From positions 1-39,868 of the IMG/VR virus record IMGVR_UViG_3300025608_000041: a DNA stretch of 39,868 bases, one strand, 5' to 3'. The notes under the pieces were generated by a model that was given only the letters and a program-made list of their open reading frames with translations, made no database searches and had not been told where the DNA came from. This document shows, in pieces, positions 18,839 through 27,909 of the stretch. The stretch comes from a virus. Taxonomy: Duplodnaviria > Caudoviricetes. How positions within the stretch are numbered: the stretch's first letter is position 1; each line of letters opens with the position of its first letter. The position numbers and the translations under genes are program-made.

Positions 18839-19222
18839 TTAGTCGTATACTGCAACGTACTGAGGGTCATGTAAGAAGAACTCACCGTCGACTGTTAAGG
18901 TAGCCTCGGGGTGAATCCAATAGTGTGCCGTCATAGAGACGGCCTTAGCATCAGACGCGATAGTTGCATCTGCTGAAAGATAGTTTGATTTGTCGTGGGT
19001 GTACGTGCCACTTTCATAAGGAAGAACGCGGCGCACAGTGTGCTCTCCTGCGAGATGCTCCGTTCCCGACACAGTGTACGGCGTAGGCACGTAGTGGTAT
19101 CCCGCAAAGGCGTTACCTGTGGCGGTCGTGTGCGTGAATTCGTAGTAGGGAGACGCCACCGCCTCATACTCGAGAGACGGAATGTTTGAGAGGTTACTTG
19201 CTAAGTCCCTTGCTTTACTCAT
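18839..19222 (-). CDS. Small tail-fibre-associated protein
   Basis: MSKARDLA N-terminus as often seen in phage fibre proteins; ATLTVDG at the C-terminus. Confidence 0.7.
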   Translation of the reverse strand: MSKARDLASNLSNIPSLEYEAVASPYYEFTHTTATGNAFAGYHYVPTPYTVSGTEHLAGEHTVRRVLPYESGTYTHDKSNYLSADATIASDAKAVSMTAHYWIHPEATLTVDGEFFLHDPQYVAVYD

Positions 19223-19228
19223 TATACA

Positions 19229-19735
19229 TCATACTGGCTTAGACGGCCAGTCCTCCTCGTCAAGAAATGGGAAATTCGTGTGGCTCGAGATGTCACGGAG
19301 AGCTTGCCGGTAGGTTTCCCACTCCGTGCTCATCGTGACATCTGACAAACCCATCCAGTCCGTGTCTTTCAACAGTTGATCTCGGCGGGTTCTAACACTC
19401 CTCGCGGCTTCATCGGACTTGTTCTGCTCGTACGTCGCGATCTGGTCCGCAACAGTCAGCGTATTGCCATCCATGTCTGTCATCTCGACAAACATATCCC
19501 GCTCAACCCACGCGTCAACCCAGTGGCCGTTCGCATCTTGGACTGCCCCATCCTTCACAACAATCTTATAGTCCCCACTCGGGTCTGGCTTGGGGCTGGC
19601 AATGACAGGGTCATACCCCATGCGGTCGAGGAGAGCGGCAGGCCATTTTTTGGGAAACGACTTGCCGGGATTTTCTCGCATGATCTGAGCTTGTGTTTTA
19701 AGCTCTCCTGTCTCTCGATTACGGAACTGTTTCAT
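19229..19735 (-). CDS. Tail fibre assembly chaperone-like protein
   Basis: C-terminal RTRRDQLLKDTDW...WETYRQALRDI...WPSKP. Confidence 0.8.
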   Translation of the reverse strand: MKQFRNRETGELKTQAQIMRENPGKSFPKKWPAALLDRMGYDPVIASPKPDPSGDYKIVVKDGAVQDANGHWVDAWVERDMFVEMTDMDGNTLTVADQIATYEQNKSDEAARSVRTRRDQLLKDTDWMGLSDVTMSTEWETYRQALRDISSHTNFPFLDEEDWPSKPV

Positions 19736-19746
19736 TTCCTCTCCGT

Positions 19747-22323
19747 TTATTTAATTGCGTAGTACAGGTAGTAAGACCCGTCCGCGTTTAAGTTTTCTGT
19801 AGCTGTTTGATTCACGGTGAAACCCCCGGGGACGGGGTCAATGACATCGGTAGTTGTGACTTCAGCGTCCGTGGTGTTTAACTTGAGGTACGGATCATTC
19901 CCAGCGACAATGCCCCGCTCAACATCAAATACGTACCACGGGCTTGTGGCTGAGTACTCTTTAATGAGTAGGAACCTAACATCGTCTGGTGTAGCGGTGG
20001 GGTATCGCGTGTTGCTCGTACCATTTCCGATGTAAAGTCCGGTGGTGGCGATATTTGATCCCCCAAATAAGTAAGCAATGTAGTCGATGTTGGCCGTATT
20101 ATTGTATGATCCAACACCAAAATCAGTCGTGCTAGCTGGGGCGTTACCCCAGAGGTACTGGTATGAACCTGTCGTACCGTAAACAGGACTACCCGTATTG
20201 ACGAACCAGAATCGTTCATGGGGGACAGTTGCACTCGAAAAGTGGTAGTAGAGAGTCCAATTGTATACCGTCGAATTTCTCGCTTTTACTAGAACGAACC
20301 GGGGCTCTTGCTCGAGATTGTGGGAGATACGGCGGTTAAAGGAGGTACCGTCGCCCGTCCACGTAACGACATCAAAGAACTTAGGCGCACGGCGGAACAT
20401 GTATGCGTATGAGCTACTCGTGCCATTTAAATCCGCACCATCCATTTGAGCTAATCCTGTGCCACTAAATAGTGACTCAGCCGCCGTAGTGGTTGTAGCA
20501 AGATATAAATTTCCGTTAGCTCTTAATCTATCCATAGCAATAAAATAATCGGAGCCGTATCGGTTATAACGCCGCAACCAAAAATCTACTGGAAATCCCG
20601 AATAGTATTGAGGAGAGGTGCTACTATAAGTAATGTCAGTAGCAAACACCTCCGCCGAACTCTTGGGAGTCTTCATCGGGCCACGGCGGATGGCGATGTA
20701 GATAAAAGTAGACCCGGCTTCATTGTATTCTCCTTGTCTAGTAGGAAAGAAAAATCCAGTTGCGGTTGGGTTAGGGGCGGCGGCATCTAAAGCCTCTGCT
20801 GAAGATGTATTTGGCTCTAAGGCCGCTGAATTACTGCCGTATGGCATACCTCGCATTATGTCACAAATCTGCCAATTTCTAGTAGAAGTAATATTTTTAA
20901 TCAAAACAAATTGAGGTTCAAATCCAAGCTCTACAACTTCTTTGCTACGATGGTCTGAACCGTTGTAGCTCCCACACTTAATAATGTCCTGATCGCCATT
21001 CTCACCAAAGCCACCATCATCATCGTTGTGGGCGAATAGGTAGGCTACGTAGGTTGCGTTATTTTCGTTGACAGTGTTGTCAATACCAACTGTAAATTGG
21101 CTATCAGTTGGGGCAGTGCTATTCCATGTATTGACATTATTTGCCGCCGCAAAAGTTTCATTAAGACGTAAATAATAATCTTCTGGAGATGCGTTAGAAC
21201 TGCGGTGATACACAATCCAAGGGTCTCCCGCACTTGTTTTTTTGACAATAATCATACCCGGCACACTACCAAGGTTATGACTAATGTTTTGTGGAGTTGG
21301 ATTTGTCCCAGTATACGTCACCACATCAAAGAACTTCTCTTGCTTGGCGAATGTCCATGAAACTACGTCATTCCCGGCTCCCATGTGAGAACCGTGAGTA
21401 AACCCATTGGCATTAAACGATGTTAATCCTGTGGACAAAGTACCTTCAGCATTAGTGGAGTTGCTAAGTAGATATTTAGTAGCACCACGCTCTGTATCAT
21501 ATAAATTGTGGCTGTAATTACCTGTACTACTTCTTTCTTTTAACCAAACCAACCCACCTTTGCCTTCAGTTTCCGATGTGAAGGGGCCGAATGCTCTAGC
21601 CTTAGCATCACCATTGACTGTAAGAGTGAGGGCGTTGCTTGAGTTGTCTACAAGGGGTGTGTCGCCTTGGCAAGTCAGTAGTGAAGTGCCCGATACGTCA
21701 GTAAGGGCTGTGGTGCTAGGGGTGAAGGCAGAGGTGTAGACCGCTGTATTTGTAATACGAACATTAGAAATGTACCCACCGAAATCATTTGTTACGGTGT
21801 TGGTTCGGCCCACTTGCAATGCGCTAGTTGCGTTTGTTCCATTGGTGCTGAAGGTTGCACCTTGAGCAACACCATTGATGTACATTGTGCCCGTAGTGCC
21901 ATTTGATACCACAGCAACGTGATACCATTCCCCTTGATTAAACGAATAGGTTCTATCTATCGTTCCGGCTGTCGTATAAAAACGAATAAAAGTTGTATCT
22001 AGGCGAATAAGGTAACCGCCAGAACCATCGTGTTTACTGACTAAGCCTGCGTTTGACTGAGCTTCTGATAAGTTAAACCAACACTCAATTGTAAAAGAAC
22101 TACCAAGTACATTTAAAGATGCGTCATTAGCAACACTTAAATAGTCCCCACTCCCATCAAACTCCACAGACCCGCCAGAGTTTGCATCGGTCAGTGCAAT
22201 ACCATTCTCAATAACTTGAGTGCCACCATTCCCAGTATACAAATACGTTGAAAACACACCCTCGACATAGGTGGCCTCACCTGCACCTGCGGCGGCGGCG
22301 GCGAGTAGTAAATCAGTTGACAT
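19747..22323 (-). CDS. Tail fibre / receptor-binding protein with LamG-like domain and internal repeats
   Basis: FDGSGDYL...FTIECWF...WYHVAVV...FGGYISNVRI (LamG/concanavalin-like), plus repeated FFDVVT(Y/W)TG / SHNL..P..(IIVK/VLVK) / YxAYLF units. Confidence 0.85.
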   Translation of the reverse strand: MSTDLLLAAAAAGAGEATYVEGVFSTYLYTGNGGTQVIENGIALTDANSGGSVEFDGSGDYLSVANDASLNVLGSSFTIECWFNLSEAQSNAGLVSKHDGSGGYLIRLDTTFIRFYTTAGTIDRTYSFNQGEWYHVAVVSNGTTGTMYINGVAQGATFSTNGTNATSALQVGRTNTVTNDFGGYISNVRITNTAVYTSAFTPSTTALTDVSGTSLLTCQGDTPLVDNSSNALTLTVNGDAKARAFGPFTSETEGKGGLVWLKERSSTGNYSHNLYDTERGATKYLLSNSTNAEGTLSTGLTSFNANGFTHGSHMGAGNDVVSWTFAKQEKFFDVVTYTGTNPTPQNISHNLGSVPGMIIVKKTSAGDPWIVYHRSSNASPEDYYLRLNETFAAANNVNTWNSTAPTDSQFTVGIDNTVNENNATYVAYLFAHNDDDGGFGENGDQDIIKCGSYNGSDHRSKEVVELGFEPQFVLIKNITSTRNWQICDIMRGMPYGSNSAALEPNTSSAEALDAAAPNPTATGFFFPTRQGEYNEAGSTFIYIAIRRGPMKTPKSSAEVFATDITYSSTSPQYYSGFPVDFWLRRYNRYGSDYFIAMDRLRANGNLYLATTTTAAESLFSGTGLAQMDGADLNGTSSSYAYMFRRAPKFFDVVTWTGDGTSFNRRISHNLEQEPRFVLVKARNSTVYNWTLYYHFSSATVPHERFWFVNTGSPVYGTTGSYQYLWGNAPASTTDFGVGSYNNTANIDYIAYLFGGSNIATTGLYIGNGTSNTRYPTATPDDVRFLLIKEYSATSPWYVFDVERGIVAGNDPYLKLNTTDAEVTTTDVIDPVPGGFTVNQTATENLNADGSYYLYYAIK

Positions 22324-23909
22324 TACGTGCTATACCTTGTTGATAGCGGATGACCATACCAAAAACCACCTTGGTACTGGAATACGATGGAATCTTCTGC
22401 GTTGGCCTGCGTAGAAAGCGTAGGAGCCCCAGCGGAATTAGCCCAATATATTGTGGTACCCCCAGTCCAGTCAATAGTGTACCCACTTCCACCCACATCT
22501 TGCTTGATATAAAGAATAAAAGCTGAACTACGACCACTGATTGTATTCGTCAAATTTACTGCTGTGATATCCTCGGATAGAGTGATAGCAAAGGTATTAG
22601 CGAGAGCTACGTCAATGTCGAGAACGCCAGAAGAACTTGATAAGTCATCTAAGTCTCCGTAAAAAGCATTCCCCATATCAATACGGTTTACGAAAAGTGT
22701 GCTGTTAATAGTTACAGCCCCAGTAGAGGACGCGGTTACTACCTTACTAGCTTCTGACTGACCCTCCGTCGCGACGGAAAGGCGATCTATCTCTGCCGAC
22801 GTGGCATTGATACCGAGGTTCGTCCGCGCCGTAGTGGCGTTCTCAAGGTCAGACAGGTTATTTGCGTAGTTGAGAAAACGACTATCCGACTGGACTTGCG
22901 TGTAAGTGTCAGCAATAGTGAAAGCACCATACGCGATGATGTCAATCTCGTCTCCTGCGGTAGCTCCCTGTGTTAAAACGATGTTGTCCCCATCGTCTGC
23001 TGTAAAATCGTCTACAGCACGGAGCTTCAAACCGTTGTAATAAACATCCACAAAACCGGGGTCATATGTAGACGCAAAGGTAGTCTGGCCCTCAGTTGCT
23101 ATGTAATTAGCCCGCTCTGCGGTGCCGTTGACAGGCGAGCCAGCCTCAATCCACGCTGTACCACTCCAGAAGAATGTCTTGTTGCTCGACGAGTTAAAAT
23201 ACAGAGCTCCCGCTACAAGGGGGTCACCGTCATTGTCAACCGTCGGGGCTGTCGCTTTGATACCAAGGTAACGGTCATCAAAAGTGTCGTAGGTGTCTGC
23301 GGCGGCCTGAGCAGAAGCGGCGGCATTTGACGCACTAGTTTGTGCGCTAGCGAGGGTGTCGGTAACCGACTCCATGTACGACTTTGTGACGGCGTCCTGT
23401 GGGTCTGTAGGGTTACCGAGGCCGGTAATCTTATACCCTCGCATAGGGATAGACGAGTACATACCATAAGAGGCGTCCCCCTGCTTAAACTGGATGAAAG
23501 CTGGCTGGACCGTAGAAGCATCAATAGTTCCGTAGTTGTAGATGTTACGGAAACGGTACGCATCCGATCCTAGATCGTAGAGTGTTGCGTTAGGGTATAC
23601 TCCACCACTCCCAAAAACTAGCTCGAGATTACTTCCTGAAGCACCATCCGGGAAGTACATCCCCACGCCACCCAGTCTGTTATTAGGCGCACCCGTCCCA
23701 AAAAGAGGATTCGTAAGTACTGTGGTGTCTGTGTAAACGTCTTTTATCGACGTAATATACGCACCGCCGCCTGTAGTACCGTCGTGGCGGTGACCGGTAG
23801 TATCGTTAAAAGCATCCTCAACGGCGTTAAACTCGTTATTGACGGGCCCCGATTTCACGGTGTTATTGGGTACGATGTCCCCTGCGGATTGTCGAGTGTA
23901 TCCAGCCAT
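22323..23909 (-). CDS. Proximal tail fibre protein
   Basis: MAGYTRQS...NNEFNA...GHRHDG N-terminus, LGNPTDPQDAVTKSY, FDDRYLG and NNLSDL...ARTNLG fibre motifs; follows tail tubular B. Confidence 0.85.
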   Translation of the reverse strand: MAGYTRQSAGDIVPNNTVKSGPVNNEFNAVEDAFNDTTGHRHDGTTGGGAYITSIKDVYTDTTVLTNPLFGTGAPNNRLGGVGMYFPDGASGSNLELVFGSGGVYPNATLYDLGSDAYRFRNIYNYGTIDASTVQPAFIQFKQGDASYGMYSSIPMRGYKITGLGNPTDPQDAVTKSYMESVTDTLASAQTSASNAAASAQAAADTYDTFDDRYLGIKATAPTVDNDGDPLVAGALYFNSSSNKTFFWSGTAWIEAGSPVNGTAERANYIATEGQTTFASTYDPGFVDVYYNGLKLRAVDDFTADDGDNIVLTQGATAGDEIDIIAYGAFTIADTYTQVQSDSRFLNYANNLSDLENATTARTNLGINATSAEIDRLSVATEGQSEASKVVTASSTGAVTINSTLFVNRIDMGNAFYGDLDDLSSSSGVLDIDVALANTFAITLSEDITAVNLTNTISGRSSAFILYIKQDVGGSGYTIDWTGGTTIYWANSAGAPTLSTQANAEDSIVFQYQGGFWYGHPLSTRYST

Positions 23910-25523
23910 TTAGCGTCTATCTCCTACTCCAAACAGCATACTAAACCCTTGTATACTGTGGCTTCCAAATTGATCGTTTGCCGAGTACCGAAGAGAAATC
24001 GCAAAACCTGAACCCGCTACATTTGTTCGCACAATAGGTGTGGGGTTACCATCATACACGGCATCACTATCAAACTTAGCGACGTTCCAGTATTCCGGAC
24101 GTCCAAAAGCTTCTACGTTATAATCCGCCGGTTTTGATGACGCGAGGTCTTCGTAATCGTAGTTTATTTTTAGTATTAGTTCCACACTACCCTCGGCTCG
24201 AATGTATGTGGATATTCTCGAGAAGTTTTTTCTCATCTCTGGGTCACCCATAAAAATGTAGGGTGTTTGAAACACAGAAAATATGTCTCGCCCATCGAAT
24301 GTGTTTTTAAATTCTTGACGATGTACGTATCCATCAGCGTCGCCGTGAAGTACGTACTCCTCTTGTCCGATGTAGTCCGAGTCTGCACAAGTAACTTGGA
24401 TGCCCGCAAGCTGAGCAAACTCGAACCCTATTTGTCCCTGCTTATTCTGCCGGATGGCTCCTAGAACGCCGAACGTATCTTCATTCTGGAAGAAGTAACG
24501 AAACTGAGACTTACCTTTGACAATAACAGAACGTAGTTGAGTGAGGTCCTGATTGAAGATAACGTCCTTCATCAAGCCCTGTATATTTTTCGAGATCGTC
24601 TCGAGGTTTACGTCCCCAATTTTATCCGTTCCAGATACCGGTCGGATACCGTCAGGACCCAAGAAGAGGAGGTCTCCCCCAATTTCCACGACACTATCAG
24701 CGGCAACACACCCAAGATCATCTGTTACAGACGCAACCTGAAAGTCTGCGATACTTGTGCCCGCGAGCTTCTTGATGTTGTTCCGGCCGAAGATGTACAG
24801 TTCATCGCGGAAAGGCTTGATCTGTACAATATCGAAACCGACATTAATACTACCAGCACCACTTGCAGGAGAGAAGTCATCCTCATTCAAAGGAGCTGAA
24901 AAGTAGAGCTCTTGAGGATTTGCAGATGCACCGGCTAAAAAGATGTGATTTTTAAACGACTGCCCCACCGAAGGATTGGTAGGCGCATTTGCGTGAGTTA
25001 TCTGGGTGTACGTTGTACCGTCGTAGTACGCCGCAGGATTAGCACCATCTAAGAGTAGTATTCGTTCACCTACCCAATTGTAGCGCACCATCTTAACTTG
25101 AGAAACACCAGTCATGTTAACGCTAGCAGGAGTCGTCACAGGAATCCACGCCGGGTAGGCTGTACCCCCGATAATTGTTCCTGACACGTCATATCTGTAG
25201 AAGTAGTCCGTCCCTGTCTCCGGTGCCCTAACAGCAAAGAACGAATCATTGATGTTATTGGCGACACAGACTCCGAGTACAGGTCCTGTACCGGGAACTT
25301 CTGGTTGATAACTAAAAGTAATTGCACCAGACAAATCGATGTCAACGTAGTTGATTAGCTTTTCAAATCCGTTGATACGACGGTAGCCCCCAAAAATAGA
25401 GGGCTCGTAGTTGATCAGGGAGATTGCACTACCGGGCTGTTGTTCTCCTTGGTACAGAACGTCTTGGTTGGTGTTTAAACCCCCCTCGCACGATACTGTT
25501 ACTACCTGTAGATCATCAGCCAT
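23910..25523 (-). CDS. Tail tubular protein B / tail nozzle (T7 gp12 / P22 gp10-like)
   Basis: 537 aa; GGLN N-terminus; beta-propeller-like GC...S...G.DLLFLGPDGIR; canonical position. Confidence 0.8.
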   Translation of the reverse strand: MADDLQVVTVSCEGGLNTNQDVLYQGEQQPGSAISLINYEPSIFGGYRRINGFEKLINYVDIDLSGAITFSYQPEVPGTGPVLGVCVANNINDSFFAVRAPETGTDYFYRYDVSGTIIGGTAYPAWIPVTTPASVNMTGVSQVKMVRYNWVGERILLLDGANPAAYYDGTTYTQITHANAPTNPSVGQSFKNHIFLAGASANPQELYFSAPLNEDDFSPASGAGSINVGFDIVQIKPFRDELYIFGRNNIKKLAGTSIADFQVASVTDDLGCVAADSVVEIGGDLLFLGPDGIRPVSGTDKIGDVNLETISKNIQGLMKDVIFNQDLTQLRSVIVKGKSQFRYFFQNEDTFGVLGAIRQNKQGQIGFEFAQLAGIQVTCADSDYIGQEEYVLHGDADGYVHRQEFKNTFDGRDIFSVFQTPYIFMGDPEMRKNFSRISTYIRAEGSVELILKINYDYEDLASSKPADYNVEAFGRPEYWNVAKFDSDAVYDGNPTPIVRTNVAGSGFAISLRYSANDQFGSHSIQGFSMLFGVGDRR

Positions 25524-26216
25524 TTATCGGACTACTCGGGATACAAACTCTGTAGGGAAATCTAGAAGAACGCGTCTCATGTACTCCAGCCCATCCCGGA
25601 ACTTCTGTACGTGAAACTGTACGGCCTGTTCGTTGGAGCGGAATCGCATCATGTGAGTTAACGCCCCTTCAATAATAATAAAGTCAAAACGATCAGGAAT
25701 AATGGTCGTATCGTCGTGGTTTACGAGTGGATTAGGGAAGGAGAAGTAGCTGTGGCGTATTTGATACGCTCTGTCTGGGACAGGGCTCACGCCAAACTTG
25801 TTGGCCTGTGTCTGGTAGATTAACTCAGGCTGTCCCCGGTCAGATACAGAGGAGTTTTCATCGTCTTCTCGATACCCTCTATTGTACTGGTCTAAGCTCA
25901 ATACATCAAGTTTTTTTGACTTAACTTCGGGGGTAAGAGTGTCGTCCTTACGTAAAAAGAAGGAGTCCCAGTCTATGACGTGTGTATCTGCGGTGTAGTT
26001 GTACTCTTGTGTACCCGGAACTAGCGTCACTGTACGGGTAGAGTGCATGAACGGCCACTGTTGAACGTAGGAGATAATCTCTTTGATGGAAGCGTTAACA
26101 GAATCTTTTGCTACCGCCTGTATATTTCGTACGTCAGCAAAGTCGGCACTCGTAATAGTAACCTCGTTAATTCGACGCAGAACCGTGTTAGTCAAGTTTA
26201 AGTACGTTAGTGACAT
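25524..26216 (-). CDS. Tail tubular protein A / head-tail adaptor
   Basis: TYLNLTNTVLRRINEV...WPF...G.QEY...PVPDRAY; lies upstream of tubular B. Confidence 0.8.
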   Translation of the reverse strand: MSLTYLNLTNTVLRRINEVTITSADFADVRNIQAVAKDSVNASIKEIISYVQQWPFMHSTRTVTLVPGTQEYNYTADTHVIDWDSFFLRKDDTLTPEVKSKKLDVLSLDQYNRGYREDDENSSVSDRGQPELIYQTQANKFGVSPVPDRAYQIRHSYFSFPNPLVNHDDTTIIPDRFDFIIIEGALTHMMRFRSNEQAVQFHVQKFRDGLEYMRRVLLDFPTEFVSRVVR

Positions 26217-26219
26217 CTT

Positions 26220-26573
26220 TTATCTCGGTGTTAGGAAGAATTCTTCGACGGTAACCATCGCGTCGACATGGGGTGTGGCTCCGGTCGCTGTGATGTGGAA
26301 AACGTCACCGGGTTCCATGACAACAATGCCATCGCTAAATTGTACGTACTCGCCCGTGCCCATGTTCTTTCCGCCTACGATGTGCTGGTGAGTACCGTCC
26401 GCACGGTCAAACTCTACGTCGACTGTTACAGTCCCCCCTACATTTGAGAAGAAGAGCAGGGACACGTGTGCCTGACAGTTTGCGGGGCAAGTGTATATGG
26501 TCTCTTCTTGAGCGTCTACGGTGCACTCTACATTTACGGTCCGCATCCGACTCGAGTAGGGCGTGTTAAACAC
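26220..26573 (-). CDS. Small beta-rich virion protein
   Basis: 117 aa, GTG start adjacent to the lysozyme stop; IYTCP...VMEPGD pattern. Confidence 0.7.
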   Translation of the reverse strand: MFNTPYSSRMRTVNVECTVDAQEETIYTCPANCQAHVSLLFFSNVGGTVTVDVEFDRADGTHQHIVGGKNMGTGEYVQFSDGIVVMEPGDVFHITATGATPHVDAMVTVEEFFLTPR

Positions 26574-27002
26574 TTAGACCCACTCCCCTGTAGCCATCGC
26601 TTGACAGAGACGCTCAGCCCGACGACCTACTTGTCTAGCCCACTTTGAATCCATCATTTGGTCTGCGGCTTCTTCCCAGTCCTCGTCTTCGATGGCATCC
26701 CACATTTTCTGGAACTTCATCAGGGTTGGGATGCCTAGATTGAAACCCATGTCAACAAGCACACGCTGACGAACAGAATCAAGTCCAGCCACTTCGGGTT
26801 TTCTCTCAAGAAGTTCATCTTCAACGATCATGATATCTGTCTGTAGCAAATACCGCGCTTCGTCTTCCGTGATGCCACGCTCTTCAATGTTTCGACCTAC
26901 ACCGATAGTTAGCTTGTCTGCTGTACAACGGTATGGTTTCAACTCCAACCCTTCGTGGTCGATGAGTTGATCTTCGAGGTCTTTAAGGGTGTATTTCATC
27001 AT
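26574..27002 (-). CDS. Lysozyme/endolysin, GH24 (T4-lysozyme-like)
   Basis: HEGLELKPYRCTADKLTIGVGRN (E-x8-C-x5-T), MGFNLG, SKWARQVGRRA. Confidence 0.92.
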   Translation of the reverse strand: MMKYTLKDLEDQLIDHEGLELKPYRCTADKLTIGVGRNIEERGITEDEARYLLQTDIMIVEDELLERKPEVAGLDSVRQRVLVDMGFNLGIPTLMKFQKMWDAIEDEDWEEAADQMMDSKWARQVGRRAERLCQAMATGEWV

Positions 27003-27003
27003 G

Positions 27004-27261
27004 TTAGCAATTCCACTTCTTGCGTGACCAGTAGTTGGCTGAGAATTTATCGTCCGTTCCTTTGATTCCGGAAGAACGAGCGCAGTAGGATTTCTTGTTG
27101 GCTTTCTGATCTTTCTTGATGCTCATATCAGGATCACCAAACCGGACCAGCTTAACTTTGTCTCCCTTCTTTGCAAGTACTGCAAACTTCTTCGGACCAT
27201 TGGGAGTTCTCTTCGGTTTGTTGTAACCGGAAAACTTCTCACCCCGATATTCAACCGCCAC
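27004..27261 (-). CDS. Small basic conserved-type phage protein
   Basis: Probable GTG start at 27261 after GGAG: MAVEYRGEKFSGYNKPKRTP...KKFAVLAK...VRFGD...SYCARS...SANYWSRKKW. Confidence 0.75.
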   Translation of the reverse strand: MAVEYRGEKFSGYNKPKRTPNGPKKFAVLAKKGDKVKLVRFGDPDMSIKKDQKANKKSYCARSSGIKGTDDKFSANYWSRKKWNC

Positions 27262-27544
27262 GTGCTTTACTCCATCGTTGTGTATAGCCACCCATTGCGG
27301 CACGATGTCTTGCTGTCTTCTCCGCAATCTTCTTGGGTTGCTTTACGTGTTGTTTCCCGGATGCTTTTCCGGCTCGCTTTGCTCGGGTAGTTGCGGCGTA
27401 TTCTTGGGAAGAGAGGGATTCTCTTGCACTCTTGGGGAGGTACCTTTCACCGGTCGCTTCCGAACCCTGTGTCGATGGCTTGCCACTTTTCGTTCCCCAG
27501 TCTTCTTTAGTCCAGTTTTTTAGGGACTTCTGAGGGGCCTTCAT
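27251..27544 (-). CDS. Small basic protein (resembles C-half of DUF5872-like proteins)
   Basis: Start ATG 27544 overlaps the upstream stop (ATGA). QKSLKNWTKEDWGTKSGK...GERYLPK...GKQHVKQP. Family name recalled from memory. Confidence 0.75.
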   Translation of the reverse strand: MKAPQKSLKNWTKEDWGTKSGKPSTQGSEATGERYLPKSARESLSSQEYAATTRAKRAGKASGKQHVKQPKKIAEKTARHRAAMGGYTQRWSKARGG

Positions 27545-27783
27545 GATGTGTAGCCACCGCCAGCATCTTTGTATTGCTTCGCTACCATCTGGGCTTTGCG
27601 GGCTGACCACTGTCCGGGTGCTCCGCCTTTCCCTCCGGCTTTGACTTTGTTAAAGATTCGTTTTCGCATACCCGGCTTGGTGTAGTTGCCGGCCTCATTG
27701 ACACGGCTCTCTCCTCCACTCGCCATACGAGCTCTTGACCACCGTTCTGTGTAACCACCCATCTTCTTTTTATCATACGCCAT
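27541..27783 (-). CDS. Small basic protein (resembles N-half of DUF5872-like proteins)
   Basis: NYTKPGMRKRIF...KGGAPGQWSARKAQMVAKQYKDAGGGY. Family name recalled from memory. Confidence 0.75.
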   Translation of the reverse strand: MAYDKKKMGGYTERWSRARMASGGESRVNEAGNYTKPGMRKRIFNKVKAGGKGGAPGQWSARKAQMVAKQYKDAGGGYTS

Positions 27784-27814
27784 GTATATGTACCCCTGCG
27801 GTACCGTTGGTGCG

Positions 27815-27843
27815 AGCCTAAAGTAAAAGTTTCTTTATGTCAA
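27815..27843 (-). promoter_or_regulatory. Sigma70-type promoter downstream of the capsid terminator
   Basis: TTGACA (27843-27838), 17 nt spacer, TAGGCT (27820-27815); about 30 nt upstream of ATG 27783. Confidence 0.65.
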
Positions 27844-27874
27844 CACCCCACATGTATTTTTGAGATGCTGACGT

Positions 27875-27896
27875 AAAGAAGGGGCCCGAAGGCCCC
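27875..27896 (-). terminator. Terminator after the major capsid gene
   Basis: GGGGCC-TTCG-GGCCCC-TTCTTT (C-UUCG-G tetraloop, imperfect U-tract). Confidence 0.8.
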
Positions 27897-27909
27897 AACT
27901 TAGTGGTAC

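Noticed and set aside
16077-23909. Diversity-generating retroelement acting on fibre genes
   Set aside because: No reverse transcriptase in the window and no near-identical TR/VR pair differing at adenines; the paralogs are diverged throughout.
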